From Calditrichaceae bacterium (lineage in GTDB: Bacteria > Calditrichota > Calditrichia > Calditrichales > JBFXGD01), in assembly GCA_050178385.1 (NCBI GenBank), contig JBFXGD010000007.1, positions 1-47,270 on the forward strand: a DNA stretch of 47,270 bases. The letters run 5' to 3'. Below the pieces are notes generated by a model that saw nothing but the letters and a program-made list of their open reading frames with translations, was not told where the DNA came from and did not search any database. This document shows, piece after piece, positions 20,842 to 29,057 of the stretch. Position 1 is the first letter of the stretch, and each line of letters begins with the position of its first letter. The translations under genes and the position numbers were made by a program.

Positions 20842-22233
20842 TTATCTTTTTGGTACTACAACATTTTGATTTGCTGCTTTTTCCTGGTCTAGAAATTGCT
20901 GAAGACTTGGATCGCTTACGCCAATTGTCAGAGAATCTTCACGCAGGAAATATTTATCGCTGTTTCCAAGGAAAGTACCAACATTATGACAGGTTCCTCT
21001 ACCGCAGGAAACTCCGCCGGTCGTGTCGGTCATAACCGTCCAGCGCTGTATATTATGAGGTGTCGCGTATTTCCATGTCGGTTCCGCAGTAAAATTTGCA
21101 AGCGAAATACTGCCGCCCCAGTTGTCATAGGTATCCGGAACAATCGGAATATGTCTTACCGGAGTAAAATCATATGGCCGGGTGGCGCTTTTAAGATAAT
21201 TTTTACCAATTTTAAAGGTGAGATAAGATGACCCGGTGATACCTTCACCGTTAACATGACAGCCGTTACAATTTTTGTAGGCTTGTGAATGGCAGGTCTG
21301 GCATGATAATTTGGATCCGCTTCCTGACCAATGCTGATTGTGATAACTATTTGAAGTTGCTACGTCAGCATGACAGTCTTCGCACTTAGCGATGATCTGA
21401 GAATCTTCAATATAGCGATAATCATACGGGTTACCGTCGCCATGCATTTCGTGACCGTCATGACAGAACATGCAATCATATCCTTTTGATGAATGGACAT
21501 CCATGAAGATCCCTTTATCACTGTGAGCGCCGGTATATTCTTCTCCAACGCGTGAGCCGTGACATGCGGTGCAGTTGTTTGACTGACTGGGCGTCCTTCT
21601 GAAGGTGTGCCCTGATACCAGTCCGCCATTGACCGATCGCGGTTTACTGATATGGCATTCCCCGCATGTGGCGTGACATTTCGCGCAATCTTTTGTAAAT
21701 CCGGCCACCATTGCGTCATCCGTCCTAAGATCCATTCCGCCGGACCGCACTTCAAATCTCTGGTGGTAGCCTTCCTGTGTAAGGTGCAGACTTGTTTCAA
21801 AACTTGAAACTTGCTGCGAATGGCAGGGACCGCAATAGGTCTCAGCATCTGATAAAGACGGATATGGCACTAAATCGGTATGTGCATCCGTTTTTGTAAA
21901 TTTTTCGGGATTGCCCTTATGACAGGCGGTACACCCTAGATTTCCGTGCGTGGAAGTAAGAAATTCTGCTCTAACAAAAACACGTTCCCATGCCTCAACC
22001 TGAGGCACTTCGCCGCCTCAGCCCTCGCCGGTTTCACCGCCGGTATCGGGAAGAGCATCGGCAACCTTAATCAACAAATCTTTGTCTGTATGACAGCTGA
22101 CACAACTGGTTTCATCTACAGAAGCGAATTTCTTCGTTTCCACAGGATACTTTTCTTCACATGCTGTCATCCATGTGACCGCTAAAACGAAGAGGACAAG
22201 AAGAACAATTTTTCTAACCATGACCTTATCCAT
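20842..22233 (-). CDS. Predicted selenocysteine-containing multiheme c-type cytochrome lipoprotein (463 aa; 10 CXXCH plus CX4CH; Sec at codon 72)
   Basis: ORFs 22018..22233 and 20842..22008 are in one frame, joined by TGA-GGC-GGC-GAA. Only the N-terminal part has the lipoprotein signal (MTAC). A SECIS-like hairpin follows the UGA. Confidence 0.8.
21990..22020 (-). promoter_or_regulatory. UGA codon plus bacterial SECIS-like element
   Basis: UGA-GGCGGCGAA-GUGCCUCA-GGU-UGAGGCAU: 8-bp stem, G-first apical loop 17 nt after UGA. Confidence 0.75.
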
Positions 22234-22270
22234 TTTTTTGTGTTTATATCATAGTAAGTTTAATCATATC

Positions 22271-22306
22271 AAAAAACAAACCAGGCTCATTTTCTGAGCC
22301 CAGTTT
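22271..22306 (-). terminator. Terminator-like hairpin between the rhodanese and Sec-cytochrome genes
   Basis: Minus strand AAACTGGGCTCA-GAAAA-TGAGCCTGGTTT-GTTTTTT. Confidence 0.6.
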
Positions 22307-22344
22307 ATATAACATTTAACATCAAGAAAGATCAAACATTCATT

Positions 22345-23382
22345 CTATGGATTAACTCCGGCTGTTACCGGGTAGTCATGACCGGTTGCTTCGTTAAATG
22401 GAGCCACTCCTGCTCTCGCGGCTGTATTCTTCGTCCACGACATAATGCCATGTTTTAAATTAACAGCATTATATCCAAGAAGATTCAAAGCGGTTGTAGC
22501 GATACCACCGGTATGCCCTGTATAACAATATACAACAACGAGACGAGTCGGATCAATCTTTTTTAAATTATCTTTAGTGGCGATTTCTTTCCAGGGAATA
22601 TTGATTGCGCCCGGGATATGACCAATTGCATAATGGTCAGCGGAACGTACACTTACGATCTGCGGATCATTGCTAGTGTCACCATCATTAATCACTCCAT
22701 GAAGAACATCCGCGTTATAGGTCGCCGACCCTAATGAAGCATAAAGATCCGAAGACGCCAATATAATATCATCAGCATTTGCTGAAGAACTGAATTCAGG
22801 ATTCGCCAGGTCATATGTTGAAGAAGCATTAATAGTCGTTTCCAGTTCATAGTCAAAACTGGTCTCTTCGCTGAACGGCGCGACACCGCCTCTGGCCGCG
22901 TCATCTTTTGTCCAGTCCATTATACCAAACTTGACATTATAAGCGTCATAACCAAGCGCTCGCAAAATAGTAGTTGCAACTGCGCCCGTATGGCCTGTAT
23001 AACAATAAACGGCAATCTTACCACTATTCTGCACAGAAGCGATTCTTGCCTCAAGAGCTGTAAGCTTGTCTGCTTTTGCGATATCTCTCCAGTTAATATT
23101 GATCGCGCCCGGGATATGGCCGATTTCATAATGAGACGCGCTTCTGACGCTGACTATTACGTAATTGTTTGTATCATCACCATCATTAATATTATCATAC
23201 AAAACCTGTGCTGTCACGATAGGTGTAACATCAACATTTACACTCGCGTCCACAATCGGCTGGACTGCATCAAAATCACTAATAACCGTGCTGCTGCCGC
23301 CGTCATCACTGTCACTGGAACAGCCGACAAACATCGCAAACATTAAAGCCATAATGAAATACATTAATCTTTTTACCAACAT
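22345..23382 (-). CDS. Tandem-domain rhodanese (sulfurtransferase) lipoprotein
   Basis: Lipobox FVGC plus Ser/Asp linker; two repeats each with GHIPGAINI and YCYTGHTG active-site loop. Confidence 0.92.
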   Translation of the reverse strand: MLVKRLMYFIMALMFAMFVGCSSDSDDGGSSTVISDFDAVQPIVDASVNVDVTPIVTAQVLYDNINDGDDTNNYVIVSVRSASHYEIGHIPGAININWRDIAKADKLTALEARIASVQNSGKIAVYCYTGHTGAVATTILRALGYDAYNVKFGIMDWTKDDAARGGVAPFSEETSFDYELETTINASSTYDLANPEFSSSANADDIILASSDLYASLGSATYNADVLHGVINDGDTSNDPQIVSVRSADHYAIGHIPGAINIPWKEIATKDNLKKIDPTRLVVVYCYTGHTGGIATTALNLLGYNAVNLKHGIMSWTKNTAARAGVAPFNEATGHDYPVTAGVNP

Positions 23383-23473
23383 AATACACCCCTCGCAATT
23401 AAATAGTTAATATTTAAATAATGGAATAAGGCTCTTTCCTATCCCCCCTTGTGAAATAATTATCTTTTGATGA

Positions 23474-23490
23474 TGCAAAGGCTGTGCCAA
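23474..23490 (-). promoter_or_regulatory. sigma54 (RpoN) -24/-12 promoter of the cytochrome operon
   Basis: Minus strand TTGGCAC-AGCCT-TTGCA, exact consensus about 90 nt upstream of the rhodanese start. Confidence 0.85.
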
Positions 23491-23533
23491 TCAGCGGAGC
23501 CTTAGTTAATGGCGTTAACTAATTGTTTTAGAA

Positions 23534-23546
23534 TATCAAAAAATTG
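23534..23546. promoter_or_regulatory. IHF binding site
   Basis: TATCAA-AAAA-TTG matches WATCAANNNNTTR, located between the sigma54 promoter and the candidate enhancer. Confidence 0.6.
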
Positions 23547-23563
23547 ATTTACTAATGCCAATT

Positions 23564-23678
23564 TGAAACAATCTGATTCACACATTCTCAAGTTCGTTGA
23601 TGAATAAGGGTTTTATAGCAATGAACATCGTCTGAAACATTTTGTTTCATTTTCTCGGTTGGAACAATTTTTGGAACA
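23564..23678. promoter_or_regulatory. Candidate enhancer-binding-protein sites
   Basis: TGAAACA-TTT-TGTTTCA (23633-23649), TGAAACA-ATC-TGATTCA (23564-23580), plus two TGGAACA half sites. Confidence 0.55.
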
Positions 23679-23786
23679 CATATTTGTCCAATCTTTATTA
23701 AATCCTTTCACTTAAATGGCGAATTGGCATGTATTTTTTATTTTCTGTATATTTCAGAACCTATCACTATTTCAAAGCGATTCTAA

Positions 23787-24461
23787 ATGAAGACAATTTT
23801 ATGTTTTGCCGCGCATCCCGACGATCTTGAATTCTCATGTACAGGAACTTTACATCAATTTTTAATAGAGGGGTATGAGGCTGTTTTTGTCATTTTGACC
23901 AATGGAGAAAATGGTTTCAAGGCAAAAAGCGATTCCCGTGAAGAACGCGTTGAAACCAGAAAAAAAGAACAACTTGATGTAGCAAAAAAATTAGGGCTTA
24001 AAGATGTCATTTTTCTTGATAAAATAGATGGCTTCCTTGAGTACGACGAGGACTTACGCAGCAGTTTAGTAAAGATAATAAAACAGTATAAGCCGGAAAT
24101 TATTTTTTCATTCGATCCCGCGAATAATGACTTTGACAGCCTTAATCTTTTTCACCGCGACCACCGCACCGCTGCCATTGCAGTCTTTGACGCCTGTTTT
24201 GCCGCTAAAAACAATTTAATGTATCCCGGACCTCAGCATAAAGTTGAGAAGATTTATTTTTTCGCGACAAATAAACCAAATCATTTTGAAGATATTTCTG
24301 ATTTGATTGAATTCAAACTTGAGCTGCTCCGATGCCATAAATCCCAGTTCCCGGATTTTTCAAAAGTCGAAAAGTATCTTAAGGAAAGGGTTTCCGTCAG
24401 TCACGGGTCATACAAATATTGCGAAGCATTTCGTGTTATCGAAGTAAAACAGCTGACATAA
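23787..24461 (+). CDS. PIG-L/LmbE family deacetylase
   Basis: AAHPDDLE, TNGENG, HRDH, HKSQF, EAF. Confidence 0.92.
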   Translation: MKTILCFAAHPDDLEFSCTGTLHQFLIEGYEAVFVILTNGENGFKAKSDSREERVETRKKEQLDVAKKLGLKDVIFLDKIDGFLEYDEDLRSSLVKIIKQYKPEIIFSFDPANNDFDSLNLFHRDHRTAAIAVFDACFAAKNNLMYPGPQHKVEKIYFFATNKPNHFEDISDLIEFKLELLRCHKSQFPDFSKVEKYLKERVSVSHGSYKYCEAFRVIEVKQLT

Positions 24462-24579
24462 TGCGTTATTCTGAAAGATTTCCTTCTTTTAATCTGTCGC
24501 GAATCCGCTTAGGATAATTGCTCATTATACTAAATCCCCTGGCCTAAAGTTATGTAAGACGACATTAAAGCGACAAAAG

Positions 24580-24622
24580 AAATGCCCGATGAGATCATCA
24601 CTGATTTCCCACCGGGCACTTT
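24580..24622 (-). terminator. Possible terminator after the prpD-like gene
   Basis: Imperfect stem TGCCCG...CGGGCA followed by a U-rich run on the minus strand. Confidence 0.45.
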
Positions 24623-24647
24623 ATAATAATTACACAATTAGTTGGAT

Positions 24648-26015
24648 TTATTTCATCAGTAATCTCATAAAATCCGCCACGTCTTTTTCCTTTTCGATAC
24701 TCATGATGGCATCCACTAACCGGTCACGCTTTGCTTTCCCAACCACCGGTATAACCATGGAATCAAATTTTGAAAGCAGCGTTTTTTCATCCATTGGTTC
24801 ACGGTAATCTCCAAGGGGATAATCAAGTATAATTTTATGTTTTTTACCGTCTTTTGTTTTGATTTCCGCGCTGGCCTGCTTAAGCCCCGGAAAGGTTTTT
24901 TCAAATTCCGGATCAGCAACCACATTAATTTTGGGAAGAAAAGACCGCACTTCCTTATCCATGATTTTTTCTGTTTTAAAGGATGCCGGAGTAACACTGC
25001 CGTCAACGATCGCCGCCGATATACAGTAAGGCAGGCTGTGATCTGCCGTTTCCCTGGTTCTTGGATCATATTTTGTCGGGTCGGCAAGAATATCAGCGGC
25101 TCGGGCTACAGTGCCTATTGTTACTTCATCGATATCATCTTTGGAAATGTTTTGTTCCTTCATTATTTTTATTACGGCTGATAGCGGTGTATGGGTCAGC
25201 GCTTCGGTAGGGAACGCTTTCATTGAGCATTTATTGATGCGGAAAGTCTCTCCCAACCCGTCAGTAAGGATATTCAAATCGAAACGTCCGCCAAATGTAT
25301 CAGTCAACCCTTCTTTTCCATCGATGACATGCGCGGGGCCTTCATAACCTCTCTTTGCCAGCAGAGCTGAATATAATCCGGCCTGAGTAGCCATCGGATC
25401 AACCGTGTTCTTCATCATCGTTAATTTCCCTGCCGTAACCGCTCCCAATGTGAGATTATGGCTGCCGGAAATCCCGATGGCGTGAACCATCTCATCCACA
25501 GATAAATCAAGTACTTTACCAGAAACCAACGGCGAAGCAAACTGTGTAAGCGTGGCATGGTGCCATTTACGCTCCCTGATACCCGGTATCGCGAATTCAC
25601 ACATCCGCATTTCCCATTCATAGGCAAGGACAATCGCCGTAATCAGATCTTTACCGCTTTTGTGAAGCACTTCCGCGGGCGTCAACGCGGCCGGTATGAT
25701 ATCACTTGGATGTGACGGGTCCTGATCCCAGTAAATATCATTATAATCCAGCGCTCTGATCATCAATGAATTTAAGAGCGCCTGGTTGATCATGGGTAAT
25801 TTTTTATCTGAATTGATGACAGTCGCTTCCGCTTTACCGCCCATTTCATTATAAAAATCGAGCATAATTTCAACATCTTCTGTCTGACTGCCACCATAAG
25901 CGCAACCGATCGAGTCGAGCAGAAACCTTTTTACGTTGGTGACGGTCTCTTCTGTCAGATTTTCATATTTCAGTTCTTTTGTAAATTCAGCAAGTTTATA
26001 AGTGATATTTTGCAT
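24648..26015 (-). CDS. prpD: MmgE/PrpD family protein (2-methylcitrate dehydratase-like)
   Basis: LLDSIGCA, RALDYND, HPSDII, RETADHSLPY. Confidence 0.85.
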   Translation of the reverse strand: MQNITYKLAEFTKELKYENLTEETVTNVKRFLLDSIGCAYGGSQTEDVEIMLDFYNEMGGKAEATVINSDKKLPMINQALLNSLMIRALDYNDIYWDQDPSHPSDIIPAALTPAEVLHKSGKDLITAIVLAYEWEMRMCEFAIPGIRERKWHHATLTQFASPLVSGKVLDLSVDEMVHAIGISGSHNLTLGAVTAGKLTMMKNTVDPMATQAGLYSALLAKRGYEGPAHVIDGKEGLTDTFGGRFDLNILTDGLGETFRINKCSMKAFPTEALTHTPLSAVIKIMKEQNISKDDIDEVTIGTVARAADILADPTKYDPRTRETADHSLPYCISAAIVDGSVTPASFKTEKIMDKEVRSFLPKINVVADPEFEKTFPGLKQASAEIKTKDGKKHKIILDYPLGDYREPMDEKTLLSKFDSMVIPVVGKAKRDRLVDAIMSIEKEKDVADFMRLLMK

Positions 26016-26113
26016 GTTTCCTCCGCCGCAAAACAGGGCGGGGTAAACGAAAGCTTACCCCGCAGTTATTAATTTTTGTCAATATTTAAATGATGTAAAG
26101 GTTCCGGATAGAA

Positions 26114-27232
26114 TCAGAGATTCCGCGCAACTTCCTCAGCGACTTCGAGCGAGGTATTCTTCCCGTCCATATCGTAGGTTTTTACTTTCCCTGCTTTAAT
26201 TACTTTTGCGATGGCGGCTTCAAGCCTTTCAGCATCTTTCTTTTCTCCCAGCCAGTCCAACATCAGTTTTGCGGTCAGGAACATGGCCATTGGATTCACC
26301 TTATACTGCCCGGCGTATTTTGGTGCCGAGCCGTGAGTCGGTTCAAACACCGCGTAATCATCACCGATGTTTCCGCTGGAGGCGAATCCTAAACCGCCGA
26401 CCAACTGAGCCGCCAGATCCGAAAGAATGTCACCAAACATGTTTTCTGCAACCAGCACATCATAATCAAAAGGATTTTTCAGCAGCCACATCGTCTGGGC
26501 GTCAATATTGGTTTCCCACATCTGAATATCAGGATATTTTTTTGCCACTTCACGCGCTGTCCGCACCATTAACCCGCCTGTTTCACGCAGAACATTCGGC
26601 TTATCCACAACTGTGACCGATTTCCGACCGTGTTTTTTGGCGTATTCAAATGCCTGAGTGACAATATTATCGCATTTCTGCCGACTCATAATTCTTGTGG
26701 ACATAGCGAGATTATCGAGTCCGTACTGACCGAATTTTTTCATTTTCGGATGATTTTTACTCAAAACGTCAAACACTTCCTGCGGAATCGGATGAAATTC
26801 AACTCCACCGTACATTCCTTCCGTGTTTTCACGGAAAATTACCAGATCAATGCCCTCTTTGAAGTTCAGAGGATTGCCCGGATACGCTTTACAAGGCCTT
26901 AGATTTGTATGCAGGTTAAATTCCTGACGTAACCGAACGATCGGTGAGAAATACACAAATCCTTTATCTGCCAGCTCTGCGTCAAGTTCCTTTGCCGCTT
27001 CCTCTTTTGGCTTGGAGGTAATCGCCCCAAAAAGCGCGCAATCCGTATTCTTCATCATATCAATCGTACGCTGCGGCAGAGGTTCGCCTTCGTGCCGCCA
27101 GAATTCCCAGCCGATATCACCATGAATATATTCGGCATCAAATTTCAATGCGTCCAAAACTATACGCGTCGCTTCCATCACATCGTTACCTACTCCGTCA
27201 CCGGGGAGCCAGGCGATTTTATACTTCGACAT
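26114..27232 (-). CDS. Isocitrate/isopropylmalate (beta-decarboxylating) dehydrogenase family
   Basis: PGDGVG, NLRP, RENTEGMY, DKPNVL, NMFGDILSD, FEPTHGSAPKYAG, VNP. Confidence 0.92.
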   Translation of the reverse strand: MSKYKIAWLPGDGVGNDVMEATRIVLDALKFDAEYIHGDIGWEFWRHEGEPLPQRTIDMMKNTDCALFGAITSKPKEEAAKELDAELADKGFVYFSPIVRLRQEFNLHTNLRPCKAYPGNPLNFKEGIDLVIFRENTEGMYGGVEFHPIPQEVFDVLSKNHPKMKKFGQYGLDNLAMSTRIMSRQKCDNIVTQAFEYAKKHGRKSVTVVDKPNVLRETGGLMVRTAREVAKKYPDIQMWETNIDAQTMWLLKNPFDYDVLVAENMFGDILSDLAAQLVGGLGFASSGNIGDDYAVFEPTHGSAPKYAGQYKVNPMAMFLTAKLMLDWLGEKKDAERLEAAIAKVIKAGKVKTYDMDGKNTSLEVAEEVARNL

Positions 27233-27375
27233 TTTTCACCCCTTTTGATTTTTTACAATCCGGCCCGTAAAAGCGCCGAATAATATTATAGGATTATTTA
27301 TATTTTGCCACAATTCATATTCATTACAGCAGAGACTTTTAACTATTCATTTGCAATAAGTCAGTCGCCGCCAAT

Positions 27376-27912
27376 TTATTTTACGAGCTCAAAATCAATG
27401 AAATCCACATGGTGAAAAATAATTGCTTCCGGTGAGCGTTTTTCACCCGCGCCCTCTTTTGAATGAACCGCGATGATGTGCATAACTTCTGACGGAATAT
27501 CATGTTTGAAAGCCAGTCCCACACCGCTGAACGGATGCCGGATGTGCTTTCCGTATTCGCTTTTAATGATGGTCCCGTCAGCCTTTTTTTCAAACTCAAA
27601 CAGCTTCCCCACATCCGCGAGCAGTGATCCGGCGATCAAATAATCTCTGTTTACCGGTGTTTTTCTTGAACCATATGCATCATCAAGAACCTTATCACAA
27701 GCGATGGCCATTTTACAGCAGGTTCTGACATGTTCGATAAAATGTATTTTTACATTATCGGCCAACAGGGTAAACGGAATGGATTTCAGCTCCGCGTTTG
27801 TCCAGTTTCTGTATTCTACCGCTTCTGACCAGCACGCAATGACCTTCTCTCTTAGTTGTTTTTCTTTTATTTCATTAATTTCAGGCAATAGTTCCAAAAC
27901 CTGACCGCTCAT
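27376..27912 (-). CDS. HD-superfamily (HDIG/MptB-like) protein with AD in place of HD
   Basis: IEHV...LIAGSLLADVGKLFE...RHPFSG...IIAVHS...HHVD. Confidence 0.8.
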   Translation of the reverse strand: MSGQVLELLPEINEIKEKQLREKVIACWSEAVEYRNWTNAELKSIPFTLLADNVKIHFIEHVRTCCKMAIACDKVLDDAYGSRKTPVNRDYLIAGSLLADVGKLFEFEKKADGTIIKSEYGKHIRHPFSGVGLAFKHDIPSEVMHIIAVHSKEGAGEKRSPEAIIFHHVDFIDFELVK

Positions 27913-27966
27913 AAATCATTTCCTTTCATTAATTATAGTCAAATGACACAAAATCCTGCTCCCACC

Positions 27967-28218
27967 TTCTTACTTCTTACTTCTAACTTCCTACTTCTTA
28001 CTTCCTACTTCTTACTTCTAAACCACTCCCGAACCGGACAAAGATCCTTCCAGGATGACATTTTCGAAGGAATCAAAACCGTTCCAATCTTCTTTCTTTT
28101 ATCTTTTATCTTTTATCTTTTTTCTTATCCTACCCTCTTCGGGCGCGAGCATCACACCCCCTACTCTTAACTCTTAACAATTCTTACTTCCTACTTCCTA
28201 CTTCTTACTTTTTACTTC
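27967..28218. repeat. Three blocks of heptamer tandem repeats (TTCYTAC, TTTTATC)
   Basis: About 8 units at 27967-28022, about 4 TTTTATC-type units at 28097-28124, further units at 28164-28218. Confidence 0.9.
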
Positions 28219-28985
28219 CTGTCATCCGGCCCGTCATACTCCACATCGGTGGGATGGATTTTACGCATTGGTTTATAGCGTAGTTTTTCCTCATAAACAT
28301 GCGCCACCAGACCGGGAACCCTGGCAATCATAAAAAAGGCGTTTGCCAGCATCGGATCAAAATCCATTTCACACAGCAGCGCCGCAATCGCGCCGTCAAC
28401 ATTTAATGGCAGAATTTTACCTGTTTCCTTTTTAAGCATTCTAACAAAAGCATCGGCCATTTGAACATAATCACCGGCTACTCCAAGCTCCCGGGCAATG
28501 CTGAACAGTTTTTTTGTGCGGGGGTCATCTGTATGCACCCGATGGCCAAATCCGGACAGCCGTTTTTTGATCGCCTGGTAATCATCAATCACGATTTTTG
28601 CCGCCTCGTCAAAACTTTTACCGTCGTTTTTTACAAGATCCATCCCCTGACGAAGAATATGCATACAATCTTCTATCGCTCCTCCGTGGTACTTGGAAAT
28701 TGATAAAATCCCGGCTGCCACAGCCGCGTTCATCGGCGCTCCGGTAGAAGCGACCGTCAAGGCGCTCAGCACCGACGGCGGTGTTGTGCCGTGATCCACT
28801 GATGATACCAGGATGGCCTCGATCATCTTTCCAACATTCTCCGAAGGCATATCGCCTTTAAACAAAAGGTAAACCATCCGGGCATAACTCACATTCCCCA
28901 TTAATTCATCAAGCTTATAACCCCTGACTGACAGATTGTTTGGTTCGACTTTTGTTATCGCTGATTTCCAGTGTAGATCAGACAT
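28212..28985 (-). CDS. Citryl-CoA lyase / short citrate-synthase-family protein
   Basis: WKSAITKV, DHGTTPPS, HGGA, GFGHRVH.DDPR, LNVDGAIAA; about 257 aa; AGGAG RBS before ATG 28985. Confidence 0.85.
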   Translation of the reverse strand: MSDLHWKSAITKVEPNNLSVRGYKLDELMGNVSYARMVYLLFKGDMPSENVGKMIEAILVSSVDHGTTPPSVLSALTVASTGAPMNAAVAAGILSISKYHGGAIEDCMHILRQGMDLVKNDGKSFDEAAKIVIDDYQAIKKRLSGFGHRVHTDDPRTKKLFSIARELGVAGDYVQMADAFVRMLKKETGKILPLNVDGAIAALLCEMDFDPMLANAFFMIARVPGLVAHVYEEKLRYKPMRKIHPTDVEYDGPDDRK

Positions 28986-29057
28986 GATTGTCTCCTGTAT
29001 TTCGTTGACTTTTCGATCATTCAAAATGAAATATTTAACCGTTTATTATCACCTATA

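Noticed and set aside
20842..22008. Stand-alone 388-aa cytochrome starting at GTG 22008, with a separate 71-aa gene upstream
   Set aside because: It has no signal peptide, is in frame with the upstream lipoprotein across a single UGA, and a SECIS-like hairpin is present; read-through explains it better.
26038..26063. GCGGGGTAA/TTACCCCGC hairpin before prpD as a riboswitch
   Set aside because: Single simple stem, most likely an ordinary stabilising or attenuating hairpin.
27943..28170. 75-aa Leu/Phe-rich ORF
   Set aside because: Translation artefact of the heptamer repeats, antisense to the operon.
27967..28218. CRISPR array
   Set aside because: 7-bp tandem units with no 25-45 bp repeats, no unique spacers and no cas genes.
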